Position numbers and translations under genes: made by a program. From assembly GCA_032161105.1 (NCBI GenBank), contig JAVHTD010000002.1: 64,000 nt of DNA; one strand, written 5' to 3'. The stretch's first letter is position 1. Each line of letters opens with the position of its first letter. The notes below the pieces were generated by a model. The model worked only from the letters and a program-made list of their open reading frames with translations. It ran no database searches and was not told where the DNA came from. This DNA comes from Candidatus Thermosaccharophagus tengchongensis (GTDB lineage Bacteria > Armatimonadota > Fervidibacteria > Fervidibacterales > Thermosaccharophagaceae). This document shows positions 12,034 through 23,331 of this stretch, piece after piece.

Positions 12034-12396
12034 ATGGAAATTGAGCGAGGAAAGAGGAAGAAGCGAATTGGTGTGGTTGTAAGCGATAAAATGGACAAAA
12101 CGGTCGTTATAATGGTAGAAAGGCTCGTGAGGCATCCTTTGTATAAAAAAGTTTTGCGCAGGCGGAAAAAATATTATGCTCACGATGAAAACAATGAGTG
12201 CCGCATCGGGGATGTCGTGGAAATTATGGAAACAAGACCTTTAAGCAAGCTGAAAAGGTGGCGTGTAGTTCGCATAATTGAGAGGGCAAAGGTGGCTGCA
12301 CCGATGCCTGCATATGAAGCTAAAGAGGTTGAGGAAGTGGCAGTAACACCACCGGAGCTTTTGGAAGAGCAAAAACTTGAAACTCAGGAGGGGTGA
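12034..12396 (+). CDS. rpsQ: 30S ribosomal protein S17
   Basis: [15 protein letters not shown] and ETRPLSK; acidic C-terminal tail; ATG follows a GGAGGAGG RBS. Confidence 0.97.
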   Translation: MEIERGKRKKRIGVVVSDKMDKTVVIMVERLVRHPLYKKVLRRRKKYYAHDENNECRIGDVVEIMETRPLSKLKRWRVVRIIERAKVAAPMPAYEAKEVEEVAVTPPELLEEQKLETQEG

Positions 12397-12403
12397 GAGT
12401 TTT

Positions 12404-14488
12404 ATGGATCTGATAGAGCCTGAAGCGATTAGGAATGTGGCTTTAATTGGTCAAGGTGGGTCTGGAAAAACTTCTTTGGCGGATGCCATTTTATGGGTTA
12501 CTAACATGGTTGACAGGCAGGGAAAAGTGGAGAGGGGGACGAGCGTTTTTGATTATGAAGAGGATGAAAAGCAAAGGCAGCACAGTATAAATCTCGCCAT
12601 TGGACATTGCAATTGGCGTGGGCATTTGATTAACATAATTGACACTCCAGGTGGAATTGATTTTGTCGGAGATGCATATGCAGCCTTGCGCGCTGTAGAT
12701 GGGGTAGTTCTCGTCTTGGATGCCGGAGAGGGGCTTGAATTTCAAGCGGAGAAATTGTGGGCGAAGGCGGGTGAATATGGACTTACAAGGTTAATCTTTA
12801 TGACAAAGCTGGACAGCGATAAAGCCGATTTTGAGAATCTTTTGTCCCAAGCCGGCGAAAAGCTTGCAACCAAGATTGTCCCTCTAACTTTGCCGCTCGG
12901 TGAGCGATCCGAGCACAGGGGTGTTATTGATGTTATATCTCAAAAAGCGTTTACATTTACGGAGAGGGGCGAACCGTTAGAATGCGAAATTCCGGGAGAT
13001 ATGTCGGAAAAGCTGGCGAAGTATTGGGAGGAAGTTGTTGAAGTTGCTGCGGAAAGTAATGACGAGTTACTTGAGAAATATGTTGAAGGGCATGAATTGA
13101 CGAAGGCGGAAATTATGCAAGGTTTCACAAGAGCTGTGATGTCTGGGGCAGCATCACCAGTTTTATGCGGCTCGGGTGCCAAATGCACTGGGATTCCGTT
13201 CCTTCTCGATTCCATCATCAACTTTATCCCTTCCCCTGTTCAGCGTCCATCAATTGAGGCTAAGACGCCCGGGGATGGGAAGGTGGTTAACATAATTCCC
13301 GACCCAAATAAGCCTCTTGCAGCTTTGGTTTTCAAAACGGTGACTGACCCTTATGTTGGGCGCATCAATTACTTTCGCGTATTTTCCGGGACAATATCGT
13401 CAGATTCTGTCGTGTTTAATGCTAACGAAGGAAGGCGTGAGCGTGTGGGGCAACTCTTTGTTCCTCAGGGTAAAAGCATTGAGTCAATAGGGGTGGCTTG
13501 CACAGGGCAAATAGCAGCAGTTACTAAGTTGGAAGTTACACGAACAGGTCACACGCTTTGTGACGAATCTCATGCGGTGTTGCTACCACCGATAGAGTTC
13601 CCAACTCCTGTAATGGAACTGGCAGTTCATCCCAAAACAAGGGGTGATGAAGACAAGCTCCTCAGCGGTTTGCAAAGGTTGCAAGAGGAAGACGGGGCAT
13701 TTAAGTGGTTCAGGAATAACGAAACTGGCGAGACGATAATTGCCGGTTTGGGAGACTTACATCTTGAAGTTGCAGTTGAGCGCTTAAGGCGGAAGTTTGG
13801 CGCTAATGTTGAGGTCGTTTTGCCAAAGATACCGTATAAAGAGACCATCCGGAAGAAGGGGAGAGGTGAAGGAAGATATATCCGTCAGACTGGTGGCAGA
13901 GGGCAATACGGCGTAGTGTGGCTTGAGGTTGAGCCACTTGAGCGCGGAGAAGGGTTTGAGTTCGTTGATGCCATAGTTGGCGGTGTGATACCGAGTAAGT
14001 TCATCCCATCGGTTGAAAAGGGCGTCGTTGAGGCTATGCAGCATGGAGTTCTCGCCGGTTATCCAGTTGTGGATGTGAAAGTTACATTGTTTGATGGCAA
14101 GCATCATGAAGTTGATTCGTCCGACATAGCTTTCAAAAATGCCGGAGCTATCGCATTTCGCAATGTGATATCACAATGTGATCCTTACCTGCTTGAACCA
14201 ATCATGGAAGTTGAGATAATAGTGCCAGAGGAGAATATGGGCGATATAATTGGAGATTTAAACGGGAAAAGGGGGAGAATACTTGGGATAGAATCCATAG
14301 ACGGAATGCAGAAAATACACGCTTTGGTTCCACTCGCCGAAATGCAGAGGTATGCAACCACTCTGAGATCGCTGACCAGAGGGCGCGGGCAATATTCAAT
14401 GAAGTTCTCACACTATGAAGAAGTTCCTCCACACATTGCTGAGAGGATAATTGAAGAGGCGAGGAGAAAAGCAAGTGAGCAGAAGTAG
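12404..14488 (+). CDS. Elongation factor G paralog (EF-G2 type)
   Basis: Full-length EF-G architecture with deviant GTPase motifs [22 protein letters not shown] and TKLD; domain IV has [10 protein letters not shown] and HEVDSS. Confidence 0.93.
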   Translation: MDLIEPEAIRNVALIGQGGSGKTSLADAILWVTNMVDRQGKVERGTSVFDYEEDEKQRQHSINLAIGHCNWRGHLINIIDTPGGIDFVGDAYAALRAVDGVVLVLDAGEGLEFQAEKLWAKAGEYGLTRLIFMTKLDSDKADFENLLSQAGEKLATKIVPLTLPLGERSEHRGVIDVISQKAFTFTERGEPLECEIPGDMSEKLAKYWEEVVEVAAESNDELLEKYVEGHELTKAEIMQGFTRAVMSGAASPVLCGSGAKCTGIPFLLDSIINFIPSPVQRPSIEAKTPGDGKVVNIIPDPNKPLAALVFKTVTDPYVGRINYFRVFSGTISSDSVVFNANEGRRERVGQLFVPQGKSIESIGVACTGQIAAVTKLEVTRTGHTLCDESHAVLLPPIEFPTPVMELAVHPKTRGDEDKLLSGLQRLQEEDGAFKWFRNNETGETIIAGLGDLHLEVAVERLRRKFGANVEVVLPKIPYKETIRKKGRGEGRYIRQTGGRGQYGVVWLEVEPLERGEGFEFVDAIVGGVIPSKFIPSVEKGVVEAMQHGVLAGYPVVDVKVTLFDGKHHEVDSSDIAFKNAGAIAFRNVISQCDPYLLEPIMEVEIIVPEENMGDIIGDLNGKRGRILGIESIDGMQKIHALVPLAEMQRYATTLRSLTRGRGQYSMKFSHYEEVPPHIAERIIEEARRKASEQK

Positions 14489-14511
14489 CAAAAGTAAAGG
14501 GGTTGAGTGGT

Positions 14512-14880
14512 ATGATAATGCCGCAGACAAGGCTAAAAGTTGCCGATAACTCTGGAGCAAGAGAGATTATGTGCATTAGAGTTTTGAGGGGCAGAAGTGC
14601 AAGATACGGTAACATAGGTGATGTCATTGTTGCCTCAGTTAAAGATGCCGTCCCCGGTGCAGCGGTTTCTCAAGGGGATGTTGTGAAAGCCGTGATTGTG
14701 AGAACCAAGTATGGAATTAGGCGCCCAGATGGCTCATACTTGCGATTTGACGAAAATGCAGCTGTTATAATAGACCACCAGAATAACCCGATTGGAACAA
14801 GGGTGTTTGGGCCTGTTGCAAGGGAGTTGAGGGATAAACAGTTTCTCAAAATAGTCTCGCTTGCGCCAGAAGTCGTATGA
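14512..14880 (+). CDS. rplN: 50S ribosomal protein L14
   Basis: [15 protein letters not shown] and GPVARELR. Confidence 0.98.
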   Translation: MIMPQTRLKVADNSGAREIMCIRVLRGRSARYGNIGDVIVASVKDAVPGAAVSQGDVVKAVIVRTKYGIRRPDGSYLRFDENAAVIIDHQNNPIGTRVFGPVARELRDKQFLKIVSLAPEVV

Positions 14881-14890
14881 GGTGAGTGGA

Positions 14891-15223
14891 ATGCCAAGTA
14901 TGGGGATAAAAACCGGTGATACAGTAATTGTAATTTCAGGTGTTGACAAAGGCAAGAGAGGAAGAGTAATAAAGGCGATGCCAAGAGAGGGTAAAGTGGT
15001 TGTTGAGGGTGTCAATTTGAGGTGGAAACATCAGCGCTTTCAGAGGACAAGGACTTTGCAAGTTCAAAGTGGGAGAATACAGATCCCTATGCCAATACCG
15101 AGAAGCAAAGTCATGCTCGTCTGTCCGCATTGTGACCGTCCAACTCGCATCAGAAAAGTTTTCACTGCTGATGGGAGAAAGGTTAGGGCGTGCAAAAAAT
15201 GCAGCGAATTGATTGATGAATGA
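14891..15223 (+). CDS. rplX: 50S ribosomal protein L24
   Basis: KOW motif GDTVIVISGVDKGK; C-terminal CPHC..CKKC. Confidence 0.96.
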   Translation: MPSMGIKTGDTVIVISGVDKGKRGRVIKAMPREGKVVVEGVNLRWKHQRFQRTRTLQVQSGRIQIPMPIPRSKVMLVCPHCDRPTRIRKVFTADGRKVRACKKCSELIDE

Positions 15224-15237
15224 CAGGGTGAGCGGAG

Positions 15238-15801
15238 ATGGCGGAAGAGTATAAGCCAAGATTGAAGGAAAAATGGGAAAAAGAGGTTGTGCCCCTCTTG
15301 ATGAAGCAATTTGGCTATAAAAATATCATGCAGGTTCCAAAGCCGATCAAGGTGACAATCAATGTTGGCGTTGGTGATGCTAAAGATGATGCAAAGTATT
15401 TGGATTCCACGATGAAGGAATTGGCGATGATAACTGGGCAAAAGCCAGCATTAAGAAGGGCTAAACGGTCAATTGCCGGATTTAAGTTAAGAAAGGGTCA
15501 ACCAGTCGGCTGTGTTGTGACACTGAGACGAGCCAGAATGTGGGAGTTCCTTGACAGACTAATCAATGCAGCTTTGCCAAGAATTCGGGATTTTAAGGGT
15601 TTGCCTCAGGATGCCTTTGATGGGCATGGCAACTATAACTTGGGAGTTGAAGAGCAATTGATTTTCCCCGAACTTAGTTATGACGATATTGCGAAAGTGA
15701 GAGGCATGAATATCACTATAGTCACAAGCGCAAAGACAGATGAGGAAGCGTTAGCGCTATTGAAAGCCCTTGGTATGCCATTCCGAAATGGAGGAAGGTG
15801 A
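15238..15801 (+). CDS. rplE: 50S ribosomal protein L5
   Basis: [15 protein letters not shown] and FDGHGNY. Confidence 0.98.
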   Translation: MAEEYKPRLKEKWEKEVVPLLMKQFGYKNIMQVPKPIKVTINVGVGDAKDDAKYLDSTMKELAMITGQKPALRRAKRSIAGFKLRKGQPVGCVVTLRRARMWEFLDRLINAALPRIRDFKGLPQDAFDGHGNYNLGVEEQLIFPELSYDDIAKVRGMNITIVTSAKTDEEALALLKALGMPFRNGGR

Positions 15802-15805
15802 TAAG

Positions 15806-15991
15806 ATGCCCAGGAAAGCACTGATTGTCAAGGCGCAAAAAGAGCCAAAATTTAAGGTGAGAAAGGTCAACCGTTGCCAAAGATGTGGGCGTGCGAGGGC
15901 TTATTTTCGCAAGTTTGGGCTCTGTAGAATATGCCTTCGGCAGCTGGCAAGTCAAGGTTTGATACCGGGAGTTAAGAAGGCAAGTTGGTAG
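15806..15991 (+). CDS. rpsN: 30S ribosomal protein S14, zinc-binding type
   Basis: 61 aa; CQRCGR..CRIC and PGVKKASW. Confidence 0.97.
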   Translation: MPRKALIVKAQKEPKFKVRKVNRCQRCGRARAYFRKFGLCRICLRQLASQGLIPGVKKASW

Positions 15992-16017
15992 GAACGAAAG
16001 TGGGGTGAATCTATGAA

Positions 16018-16416
16018 ATGCCAGTTACTGATCCAATTGCTGACATGTTAATTCAAATTAAAAATGCAGCACAAGCAAAACTTAATAGGGTGCGGATACC
16101 TGCATCAAATGTTAAACGAGAAATTGCCAGAGTTTTGAAGGAGAACGGATATATTTCGGATTACAAACTTGTCCGAGGCAGGAAACAGGGGATCTTGATC
16201 ATATACCTCCGTTACATTAACGGGAAAAAACCCGTTATAACTGGGGTTAAAAGGGTGAGCAAACCTGGCAGGCGAATTTATGTTAAGGCAAGCGAGATAC
16301 CGAGGGTGCAGGATGGCTTTGGCATTGCTATACTTTCGACTTCACAGGGGATAATGTCTGACATTGAGGCGAGAAAGAAGAAAATTGGTGGGGAAGTTTT
16401 GGCGTATGTATGGTGA
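16018..16416 (+). CDS. rpsH: 30S ribosomal protein S8
   Basis: DPIADML, SKPGRRIY and GGEVLAYVW. Confidence 0.98.
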   Translation: MPVTDPIADMLIQIKNAAQAKLNRVRIPASNVKREIARVLKENGYISDYKLVRGRKQGILIIYLRYINGKKPVITGVKRVSKPGRRIYVKASEIPRVQDGFGIAILSTSQGIMSDIEARKKKIGGEVLAYVW

Positions 16417-16431
16417 CCGGGAGGGGTAAAA

Positions 16432-17007
16432 ATGTCAAGAATTGGGAGAAAACCGATAATAATACCGGATGGGGTAAAAGTGCAGGTGAATGGAAGCACA
16501 GTAATTGTTGAAGGTCCGAAGGGAAAGCTTGAGCAAAGTTTTCATCCAGACATGATAATTCGCAAGGATAATGGTCAAATAATTGTAGAGCGACCTTCTG
16601 ACAACCGTTTTCATAGATCGCTACACGGCTTGACAAGAACTTTGATAGCTAACATGGTTGAGGGGGTAACACAGGGTTTCCAAAAGGTGCTTGAGGTCAG
16701 AGGTATGGGCTATAGGGCTGAATTAATTGGACCAAATAAATTGAGATTGCACCTCGGTTTTTCGCATCCCGTTCATTTTGAGGCTCCGGATGGAATAACT
16801 TTTGAAGTGGAATCCTTCACCCCAACACAACAAAATCAATACCTTGCAGCCAAAATAACTGTGAAAGGTATTGATAAACAGCTTGTAGGTGATGTTGCGG
16901 CAAGAATAAGAATGCTGAGGAAGGTTGAGCCATATAAAGGTAAAGGTATAAGATATGCTGATGAATTTGTTCGCTTAAAGCCAGGTAAGCAGGTAAAAAG
17001 TAAGTAA
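16432..17007 (+). CDS. rplF: 50S ribosomal protein L6
   Basis: MSRIGRKP and [10 protein letters not shown]. Confidence 0.98.
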   Translation: MSRIGRKPIIIPDGVKVQVNGSTVIVEGPKGKLEQSFHPDMIIRKDNGQIIVERPSDNRFHRSLHGLTRTLIANMVEGVTQGFQKVLEVRGMGYRAELIGPNKLRLHLGFSHPVHFEAPDGITFEVESFTPTQQNQYLAAKITVKGIDKQLVGDVAARIRMLRKVEPYKGKGIRYADEFVRLKPGKQVKSK

Positions 17008-17023
17008 TGAGGTGCTAAGAATT

Positions 17024-17395
17024 ATGGCAGTCAAGTATGAAACGAGAAGTGAACGGAGGAAAAGGAGGCATTGGCGTATACGAAAAAAGATTTTTGGGAC
17101 ACCTGAGAGACCAAGATTGGCGGTTTTTGGCAGCTTAAACCATATTTATGCTCAAGTGATCGACGATACAAAGGGGCACACCATTGTATCAGCATCAACC
17201 CTTGACAAAGAAATATCAGGCAAGGTTAAACATACTGGGAATGTGGAAGCTGCAAAGCTTGTCGGACAGCTCATAGCAAAAAGAGCCCTTGAAAAGGGCA
17301 TAAAGACGGTTGTGTTTGATAGGGGAGGACATGCATATCACGGTCGCGTTAAAGCGCTTGCTGAGGCTGCAAGGGAAGCGGGATTGGAATTTTAG
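17024..17395 (+). CDS. rplR: 50S ribosomal protein L18
   Basis: RPRLAV and [16 protein letters not shown]. Confidence 0.97.
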   Translation: MAVKYETRSERRKRRHWRIRKKIFGTPERPRLAVFGSLNHIYAQVIDDTKGHTIVSASTLDKEISGKVKHTGNVEAAKLVGQLIAKRALEKGIKTVVFDRGGHAYHGRVKALAEAAREAGLEF

Positions 17396-17412
17396 AAAGG
17401 GGAGGAAAAAAC

Positions 17413-18066
17413 ATGGATTTGCAAATGGAAGAAAGAGAGGTGCAATACGAGGAAAGGGTTGTTGAAATAAGGCGCGTTTCAAAAACTCACAAAGGTGGGA
17501 AAAGACTCTCATTTCGGGCACTTGTAGTGGTCGGCGATGGGAAAGGCAGAGTTGGGGCGGCGATTGGAAAGGCATTAACAGTCCCTGAAGCAGTTCGAAA
17601 GGCTTATGAAAAGGCATGCAAGGAGATGATAAGCATTCCATTAGTCGGAGATACAATTCCGCATGAAGTTATTGGTAAAGCTTGCACGACTAAGGTGCTT
17701 TTAAAACCGGCAGGGGCTGGAACAGGAGTTATTGCAAGCAGTCCGGTGAGAGCAGTGATGGATGTCTTAGGAGTTAAAAATGTGCTGACAAAAACATTTG
17801 GCTCAAGAAATAAAGTGAATACTGTATGGGCTACTATTGAAGCATTGAAGCAGCTGCGCTCACCAACAGAAGTAGCGGAGGCACGCGGTGTTAGGTTACA
17901 GGATCTTCCAATTCCCGCAAAGATAAGGAGGAGGCTCATTGAGGATGAATTGGCAATGCGACAAGCCGCACGCGAAGTATTTGAAGCTTCGCTTGAAGAA
18001 AAGCCTGATAGGCTATCCGAAGGATCAGAAAGCAACAGCGAAGGCGCTTGGGTTGACAAGGATTAA
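17413..18066 (+). CDS. rpsE: 30S ribosomal protein S5 with C-terminal extension
   Basis: [17 protein letters not shown] and [10 protein letters not shown]; the tail overlaps rpmD. Confidence 0.95.
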   Translation: MDLQMEEREVQYEERVVEIRRVSKTHKGGKRLSFRALVVVGDGKGRVGAAIGKALTVPEAVRKAYEKACKEMISIPLVGDTIPHEVIGKACTTKVLLKPAGAGTGVIASSPVRAVMDVLGVKNVLTKTFGSRNKVNTVWATIEALKQLRSPTEVAEARGVRLQDLPIPAKIRRRLIEDELAMRQAAREVFEASLEEKPDRLSEGSESNSEGAWVDKD

Positions 18067-18166
18067 TCGCACGGTTATAAAGCCGAATAACCCCAGTGTT
18101 CGTGGTATGGTTAGAAAGATTCAACATTTGCTCGATGTTGAGGAGATTAATGTTGCACAGGAGTGA
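17945..18166 (+). CDS. rpmD: 50S ribosomal protein L30
   Basis: [15 protein letters not shown] and [22 protein letters not shown] upstream of ATG 17945; TTG 17981 is an alternative start. Confidence 0.9.
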   Translation: MNWQCDKPHAKYLKLRLKKSLIGYPKDQKATAKALGLTRINRTVIKPNNPSVRGMVRKIQHLLDVEEINVAQE

Positions 18167-18172
18167 TGTGGT

Positions 18173-18634
18173 GTGTTAAAGTTAAGTTCTCTTAAGCCAG
18201 CATTTGGCGCAAAGAAAAAACGAAAGCGAGTTGGCAGGGGAATAGCTGCAGGGCAGGGCAAAACTTGCGGTCGTGGGACAAAGGGACAGAAGGCGAGGGA
18301 AAATGTCCCACCATGGTTTGAGGGTGGTCAGACTCCGTTATACAAGCGTGTGCCAAAGTTGCGCGGTGAATCAAAGAAAGCTATGCCGAAGGAGCCGTTC
18401 CGAAAAAACTATGTTTTTGTCAATTTGAAGCAACTTGAGCGCTTTCCGCCAAACACTGAGGTAACGCCTCAGCTCCTGTTAAGTGAGGGTATAATTGACG
18501 AGATTGGCGATGGAGTGCGCATTCTTGGTGAAGGGGAGATAACTAAGCCATTAATAGTCAAAGCTCATCACTTCAGTGAATCTGCCAGGAGAAAAATAGA
18601 GATGGCTGGCGGGAAAGTTGAGGTGATTAAGTAG
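18173..18634 (+). CDS. rplO: 50S ribosomal protein L15
   Basis: [16 protein letters not shown] and FEGGQTPL. Confidence 0.97.
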   Translation: MLKLSSLKPAFGAKKKRKRVGRGIAAGQGKTCGRGTKGQKARENVPPWFEGGQTPLYKRVPKLRGESKKAMPKEPFRKNYVFVNLKQLERFPPNTEVTPQLLLSEGIIDEIGDGVRILGEGEITKPLIVKAHHFSESARRKIEMAGGKVEVIK

Positions 18635-19974
18635 TGCGCCTGCTTGAAAATGTTAAATCGGCGTTAAAACTCCCAGATTTGCGCGCAAGAGTGTTATTTG
18701 TATTTGCAATGTTCGCCATCTACGCGTTTGGAGCACATGTGCCGGTTCCGGGTGTTGATACAAAGGCTTTAAATGAAGCTTTCGCCCAAGGATTTGGCGG
18801 TGGATTGTTGAGATTGATTAACCTCTTTTCCGGGGGCGCTCTCAAAAGGTTTTCCATATTTGCGCTTGGCATAATGCCATATATAAATGCATCAATAATA
18901 ATGCAGTTGCTCGCAGTTGCCATACCATCAATTGAGCAATGGCAAAAGGAAGGGGAATGGGGCAGAAGAAGAATAGCCAAGTTGACAAGGATACTTACGC
19001 TTGTTTCATCCGTTCTGCAGGCGTGGGGGTTCTTGTTCATTTTCCAGCAAACTGGGGCAATAAGGGATGTCCACTTGCTCAATTTAAACAACTGGCGCAT
19101 TGTGCTAACCCTTGCGGCTGGGACAGCCGCATTAATGTGGATGGGTGAATTGATAACAGAGAAGGGTGTCGGAAATGGTGTCTCTTTGATAATATTTGCC
19201 GGAATTATGATGCGACTGCCAACGGATGTCGCCCAAGTCTATGGATTGCTTGCATCTCGTTCTGTTGAGTGGATGAATGTGATCGTTTTATTCGGCTTTT
19301 TCCTGTTAACAGTGATGTTTATTGTCTTTGTGCAGCAGGGGGAGAGGCGCATCCCTGTGCAGTATACACGCAGAGTGATTGGGACAAGAATGATGGGCAG
19401 GACAAGCCATTTACCGCTGCGTGTGAATACAGCCGGAGTTATACCTATAATCTTCGCAATATCGGTGGCTATGTTTCCCGGCACTTTGACATCCATGATC
19501 CCGATTTTTAAGCCTGGAACGGAGATAACATTGCCACTTTTGGGCAAAATTGATATGGGCTCAATTGGCGCTCGCATACGGGAAATTTTCTACCCGGGCA
19601 GCAGCAATATCGGTTTGTTTCTTTACTTCTTGCTCGTCATTGCCTTCACATATTTTTACACGGCTGTTGTCTTTAATCCGTCGGATTTAGCCGATAATCT
19701 GCGTAAATGGGGTGGTGTCATTCCGGGTGTCAGACCGGGTGCACCCACAGTGCATTATATTGACAGGGTGCTGTCAAGAATAACCTTTGGAGGGGCAATG
19801 TTCCTCGGCATAATTGCAATCCTTGAGTTTCTTGTCCCTCACTGGACAGGGTTGCCTTTGTATGACATTGCCGGTGGGACTTCCATTTTGATTGTGGTTG
19901 GGGTCGCTCTTGAGACAATGCTTCAGCTTGAAGCGCAATTGTTGTCTCGGCAGTATGAACGATTGATAAGGTGA
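18634..19974 (+). CDS. secY: Preprotein translocase subunit SecY
   Basis: SIFALGIMPYINASII, GNGVSLIIF and AGVIPIIFA; multiple transmembrane segments. Confidence 0.98.
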   Translation: MRLLENVKSALKLPDLRARVLFVFAMFAIYAFGAHVPVPGVDTKALNEAFAQGFGGGLLRLINLFSGGALKRFSIFALGIMPYINASIIMQLLAVAIPSIEQWQKEGEWGRRRIAKLTRILTLVSSVLQAWGFLFIFQQTGAIRDVHLLNLNNWRIVLTLAAGTAALMWMGELITEKGVGNGVSLIIFAGIMMRLPTDVAQVYGLLASRSVEWMNVIVLFGFFLLTVMFIVFVQQGERRIPVQYTRRVIGTRMMGRTSHLPLRVNTAGVIPIIFAISVAMFPGTLTSMIPIFKPGTEITLPLLGKIDMGSIGARIREIFYPGSSNIGLFLYFLLVIAFTYFYTAVVFNPSDLADNLRKWGGVIPGVRPGAPTVHYIDRVLSRITFGGAMFLGIIAILEFLVPHWTGLPLYDIAGGTSILIVVGVALETMLQLEAQLLSRQYERLIR

Positions 19975-19981
19975 TTTTGCA

Positions 19982-20647
19982 GTGATTAATCTCATTTTTC
20001 TTGGACCGCCGGGGTCGGGAAAAGGAACACAGGCATCTATTATCGCTCGCAAATATAATCTGCTCCATCTCGCTACCGGAGACATATTTCGTGACGAAAT
20101 TCAACGGGGAACCAAACTGGGCAGGGAAGTTGAGGGATACCTGAAAAGGGGGGAACTCGTTCCAGATCATCTGACTGTAGAGGCGCTCAAATCAAGGCTG
20201 GAAATTGGGTTAAGTTCGGGAAAAGATGGGTTTGTTCTGGATGGCTTTCCCAGGACAGATAATCAGGCGAAAGAACTTGACAATTTGCTGAATCGAATGA
20301 ATCTCACATTAACAGCTGTTTTGTTAATTGATGTAGATGAAAGTGAAATTATTCAACGCCTATCCGGGAGAAGAATTTGCCAAAGTTGTGGCTCTGTCTA
20401 CCACATAATTCACAATCCGCCAAAGGTGGACGAAATATGCGATTTATGTGGCGAGAAGCTCGTTCAAAGGGAGGATGATAAACCCGAAATTATCAAAAGG
20501 AGACTGGAAGTTTACCATGAGCAAACGAAACCTGTTATGCTGTATTATGCGGGAAAAGGGCTTTTATATCGTGTAGATGGATCCGGCAGTGTTGAGGAAG
20601 TTGAGCAGAGGATTGAAGAGATTCTGGGTTCATTGAAGAGGGCTTAA
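19982..20647 (+). CDS. adk: Adenylate kinase
   Basis: GPPGSGKGTQ and LDGFPR; zinc LID CxxC..CxxC. Confidence 0.97.
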   Translation: MINLIFLGPPGSGKGTQASIIARKYNLLHLATGDIFRDEIQRGTKLGREVEGYLKRGELVPDHLTVEALKSRLEIGLSSGKDGFVLDGFPRTDNQAKELDNLLNRMNLTLTAVLLIDVDESEIIQRLSGRRICQSCGSVYHIIHNPPKVDEICDLCGEKLVQREDDKPEIIKRRLEVYHEQTKPVMLYYAGKGLLYRVDGSGSVEEVEQRIEEILGSLKRA

Positions 20648-20650
20648 AGA

Positions 20651-21460
20651 ATGCGGCGTATGCTTTGGAAAAAGGGCATAATTTTGAAAGGGGAAGAGGA
20701 AATCAAAAAAATGCGAATTGCTGGCATGATAGTTTACGGGGCATTGAGGGAGATGGCAATGGCTATCCAACCCGGAATAACTCCACTTTACTTGGACAAA
20801 TTGGCGGAGAATTATATAAGGAGATGTGGCGCAATTCCTTCGTTTCTCGGTTATAAGGGGTATCCAGCGTCAACATGTATAGCAGTGAACGAGCAAGTTG
20901 TCCACGCGATACCAAATGATAGACCGCTGAAAGAGGGTGATGTTGTGGGGTTGGATGTGGCTGCATGTTGGGATGGATATCACGCAGACGCAGCAATAAC
21001 AGTCACTGTTGGGAGGGTGAGCGAAATTCACAAAAATTTGGTAAAAACTGCGGCAAAAGCTCTATGGATTGGGATAAAGGAAGCTTCGCCTGGGAAACCA
21101 CTCTCCCGCATCGGTGCTGCGATACAAAATTATGTTGAAACAAGGGGTTTTCATGTGGTTCGTGATTTGGTCGGGCATGGCATCGGAAAAAATTTGCATG
21201 AGAAGCCGGAAGTTCCGCACTACTTTACAAAAATGTTGGATGATATTACCCTTGTCCCCGGAATGACATTTTGTATAGAACCAATGGTAAATGTCGGGAC
21301 ATGTGAAGTGGCATATCTAAGCGATGGATGGACTGTAGTAACGGCTGATGGCAGCTATTCGGCTCATTTTGAGCATACAATTGCTATTACGAGAGAAGGA
21401 GTTGCAATATTGACGCTTGGTCCAAACGATGAAGATGATTTGTGGCGTGTTGAAGATTGA
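20651..21460 (+). CDS. map: Methionine aminopeptidase type I
   Basis: VVHAIP, GHGIG..LHE, IEPM and SAHFEHT. Confidence 0.96.
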   Translation: MRRMLWKKGIILKGEEEIKKMRIAGMIVYGALREMAMAIQPGITPLYLDKLAENYIRRCGAIPSFLGYKGYPASTCIAVNEQVVHAIPNDRPLKEGDVVGLDVAACWDGYHADAAITVTVGRVSEIHKNLVKTAAKALWIGIKEASPGKPLSRIGAAIQNYVETRGFHVVRDLVGHGIGKNLHEKPEVPHYFTKMLDDITLVPGMTFCIEPMVNVGTCEVAYLSDGWTVVTADGSYSAHFEHTIAITREGVAILTLGPNDEDDLWRVED

Positions 21461-21472
21461 GGTGATATTACT

Positions 21473-21688
21473 ATGCCAAGAGAAAAGTTGGAAGTTGAGG
21501 GAGTTGTTAAAGAATGTCTGCCAAATGCGGTGTTTCGTGTAGAGATTGAGGGTGGACATGAAATTTTGGCGCACATTTCCGGGAAGATCAGGGTTCATTT
21601 CATTCGGATAGTTCCGGGGGACAGGGTGAAGGTAGAAATCTCGCCATATGACCCCAAAAGAGGCAGAATAATATACCGACTGAAGTGA
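21473..21688 (+). CDS. infA: Translation initiation factor IF-1
   Basis: [14 protein letters not shown] and [12 protein letters not shown]. Confidence 0.98.
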   Translation: MPREKLEVEGVVKECLPNAVFRVEIEGGHEILAHISGKIRVHFIRIVPGDRVKVEISPYDPKRGRIIYRLK

Positions 21689-21707
21689 GCGGTTTGAGGT
21701 GAGTTGT

Positions 21708-21824
21708 ATGAAAGTTAGACCATCAATAAAGCGGATATGCGACAAGTGCAAAATAGTTCGTAGGAAAGGGAAGTATTATGTAATTTGCGAAAATCCGAAG
21801 CATAAGCAAAGGCAGGGCAAGTAG
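21708..21824 (+). CDS. rpmJ: 50S ribosomal protein L36 (not in ORF track)
   Basis: Manual translation [38 protein letters not shown]. Confidence 0.97.
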   Translation: MKVRPSIKRICDKCKIVRRKGKYYVICENPKHKQRQGK

Positions 21825-21837
21825 GGGGTGATAGCAG

Positions 21838-22215
21838 ATGGCTCGTGTAGCTGGTGTTGAGATACCCGATAATAAGCGCGTGGAAATTGCGTTAACATAC
21901 ATATACGGAATCGGGAGGTCAACAAGCCAAAAGATATTGACAGAAACCGGTATTTCATGGGATAAACGCGTCAAAGACCTCACAGACGAGGAACTCGCTC
22001 GAATAAGGGATTACATTGACCGAAACTTGATAGTTGAGGGAGATCTCAGAAGGAAGGTTGCAGAAGATATAAAACGGCTAATAGACATACGATGCTATCG
22101 TGGGTTAAGGCATCTTAGAGGTTTGCCCGTTAGGGGGCAAAGGACTCGCACAAATGCTCGCACTCGTAAAGGTCCGCGCAAGACAGTTGGTGCTAAGAAA
22201 GGCAGGAGGAAGTAA
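21838..22215 (+). CDS. rpsM: 30S ribosomal protein S13
   Basis: MARVAGV and [18 protein letters not shown]. Confidence 0.98.
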   Translation: MARVAGVEIPDNKRVEIALTYIYGIGRSTSQKILTETGISWDKRVKDLTDEELARIRDYIDRNLIVEGDLRRKVAEDIKRLIDIRCYRGLRHLRGLPVRGQRTRTNARTRKGPRKTVGAKKGRRK

Positions 22216-22238
22216 CAAAATATCGGGAGGTATGCCAA

Positions 22239-22625
22239 ATGGCTCGTAAAGGTGGACGCTCAAGACCAAAGCGCAGAGGAGTTACCAATGCAATTGCGCA
22301 TATCCAATCAACTTTCAATAACACGATTATCACGATAACTGATTTAGAGGGCAATACATTGTGTTGGGCAAGTAGTGGCACTGTCGGATTTAAGGGAACG
22401 AAGAAAGGGACACCATTTGCGGCCCAAATGGCTGCACAGGCTGCCGGCAGGCGAGCATTAGATATGGGGGTTAAAAACCTGCAAGTTTATGTGAAGGGTC
22501 CCGGTGCTGGGCGAGAGACGGCAGTTAGAGCCCTTGAATCTCTCGGTTTTAGGATTGAATTCGTCAAGGATATAACGCCGGTTCCTCACGATGGGTGTCG
22601 TCCTGCAGGGAGACGAAGGGTATAA
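22239..22625 (+). CDS. rpsK: 30S ribosomal protein S11
   Basis: STFNNT, TPFAAQ and KGPGAGRE. Confidence 0.98.
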   Translation: MARKGGRSRPKRRGVTNAIAHIQSTFNNTIITITDLEGNTLCWASSGTVGFKGTKKGTPFAAQMAAQAAGRRALDMGVKNLQVYVKGPGAGRETAVRALESLGFRIEFVKDITPVPHDGCRPAGRRRV

Positions 22626-22648
22626 TCCTCCGAATGTGGTGATGAGTA

Positions 22649-23290
22649 ATGGGCAGATACATTGGACCTGTATGTAGGCTTTGTCGCCGTGAGGGAATAA
22701 AACTGTTCTTGAAGGGGAACAAATGTTTGACGAAGTGCACCCTTGAAAAGCGCCCGTATCCCCCCGGAATTAACCCAGAATTGAGGAGGGTCAAAAAACC
22801 GACGGATTACGGGCTTAGATTGAGAGAGAAGCAAAAGGCCAAGCGCATTTATGGAATGACAGAAGTCCAGTTTAAGCGGTTCTATGAAATGGCAGAGAAA
22901 TTGGCAAAAAAGACGAGGGGGCTTGTAGGGGAGTGTTTGCTTCAATTCCTTGAAAGGCGTTTGGATAATGTCGTATATCGTCTGGGTTTTGCCCTTTCAA
23001 GAAGGCATGCGAGGCAGCTTGTAAGGCACAGACATGTCCTTGTCAATGATAAAGTTGTTGACATTCCCTCATACATCGTTGATGTCGGGGATGTCATAAA
23101 AATAAGGGATAAAAGCAGGGATATCCCGGAAATTCAGGAGGCAATAGAGATGACCGGCAGTTGGTCAATTCCGGCATGGCTGTCAAGAGATGTAAGCACC
23201 TATGAAGGGCGTGTTTTGGCGCTTCCGACGAGGGATCAAATAGATGTCCCAGTCAACGAGCAGCTTATTGTTGAGTTTTATTCCCGTTAG
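22649..23290 (+). CDS. rpsD: 30S ribosomal protein S4
   Basis: CRLCRRE, LERRLDN and IVEFYSR. Confidence 0.98.
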   Translation: MGRYIGPVCRLCRREGIKLFLKGNKCLTKCTLEKRPYPPGINPELRRVKKPTDYGLRLREKQKAKRIYGMTEVQFKRFYEMAEKLAKKTRGLVGECLLQFLERRLDNVVYRLGFALSRRHARQLVRHRHVLVNDKVVDIPSYIVDVGDVIKIRDKSRDIPEIQEAIEMTGSWSIPAWLSRDVSTYEGRVLALPTRDQIDVPVNEQLIVEFYSR

Positions 23291-23331
23291 TTTAAACCAA
23301 TTGGTGCATGAAGCAAGGAGGAGATGTTGCT

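Noticed and set aside
6490..13920. Gene conversion between fusA and the EF-G paralog (shared [12 protein letters not shown])
   Set aside because: The DNA differs at many synonymous positions, which indicates protein-level conservation
14891..23290. Cys-rich zinc motifs in L24, S14, Adk, L36 and S4 as a novelty
   Set aside because: Zinc-binding forms are common, especially in thermophiles
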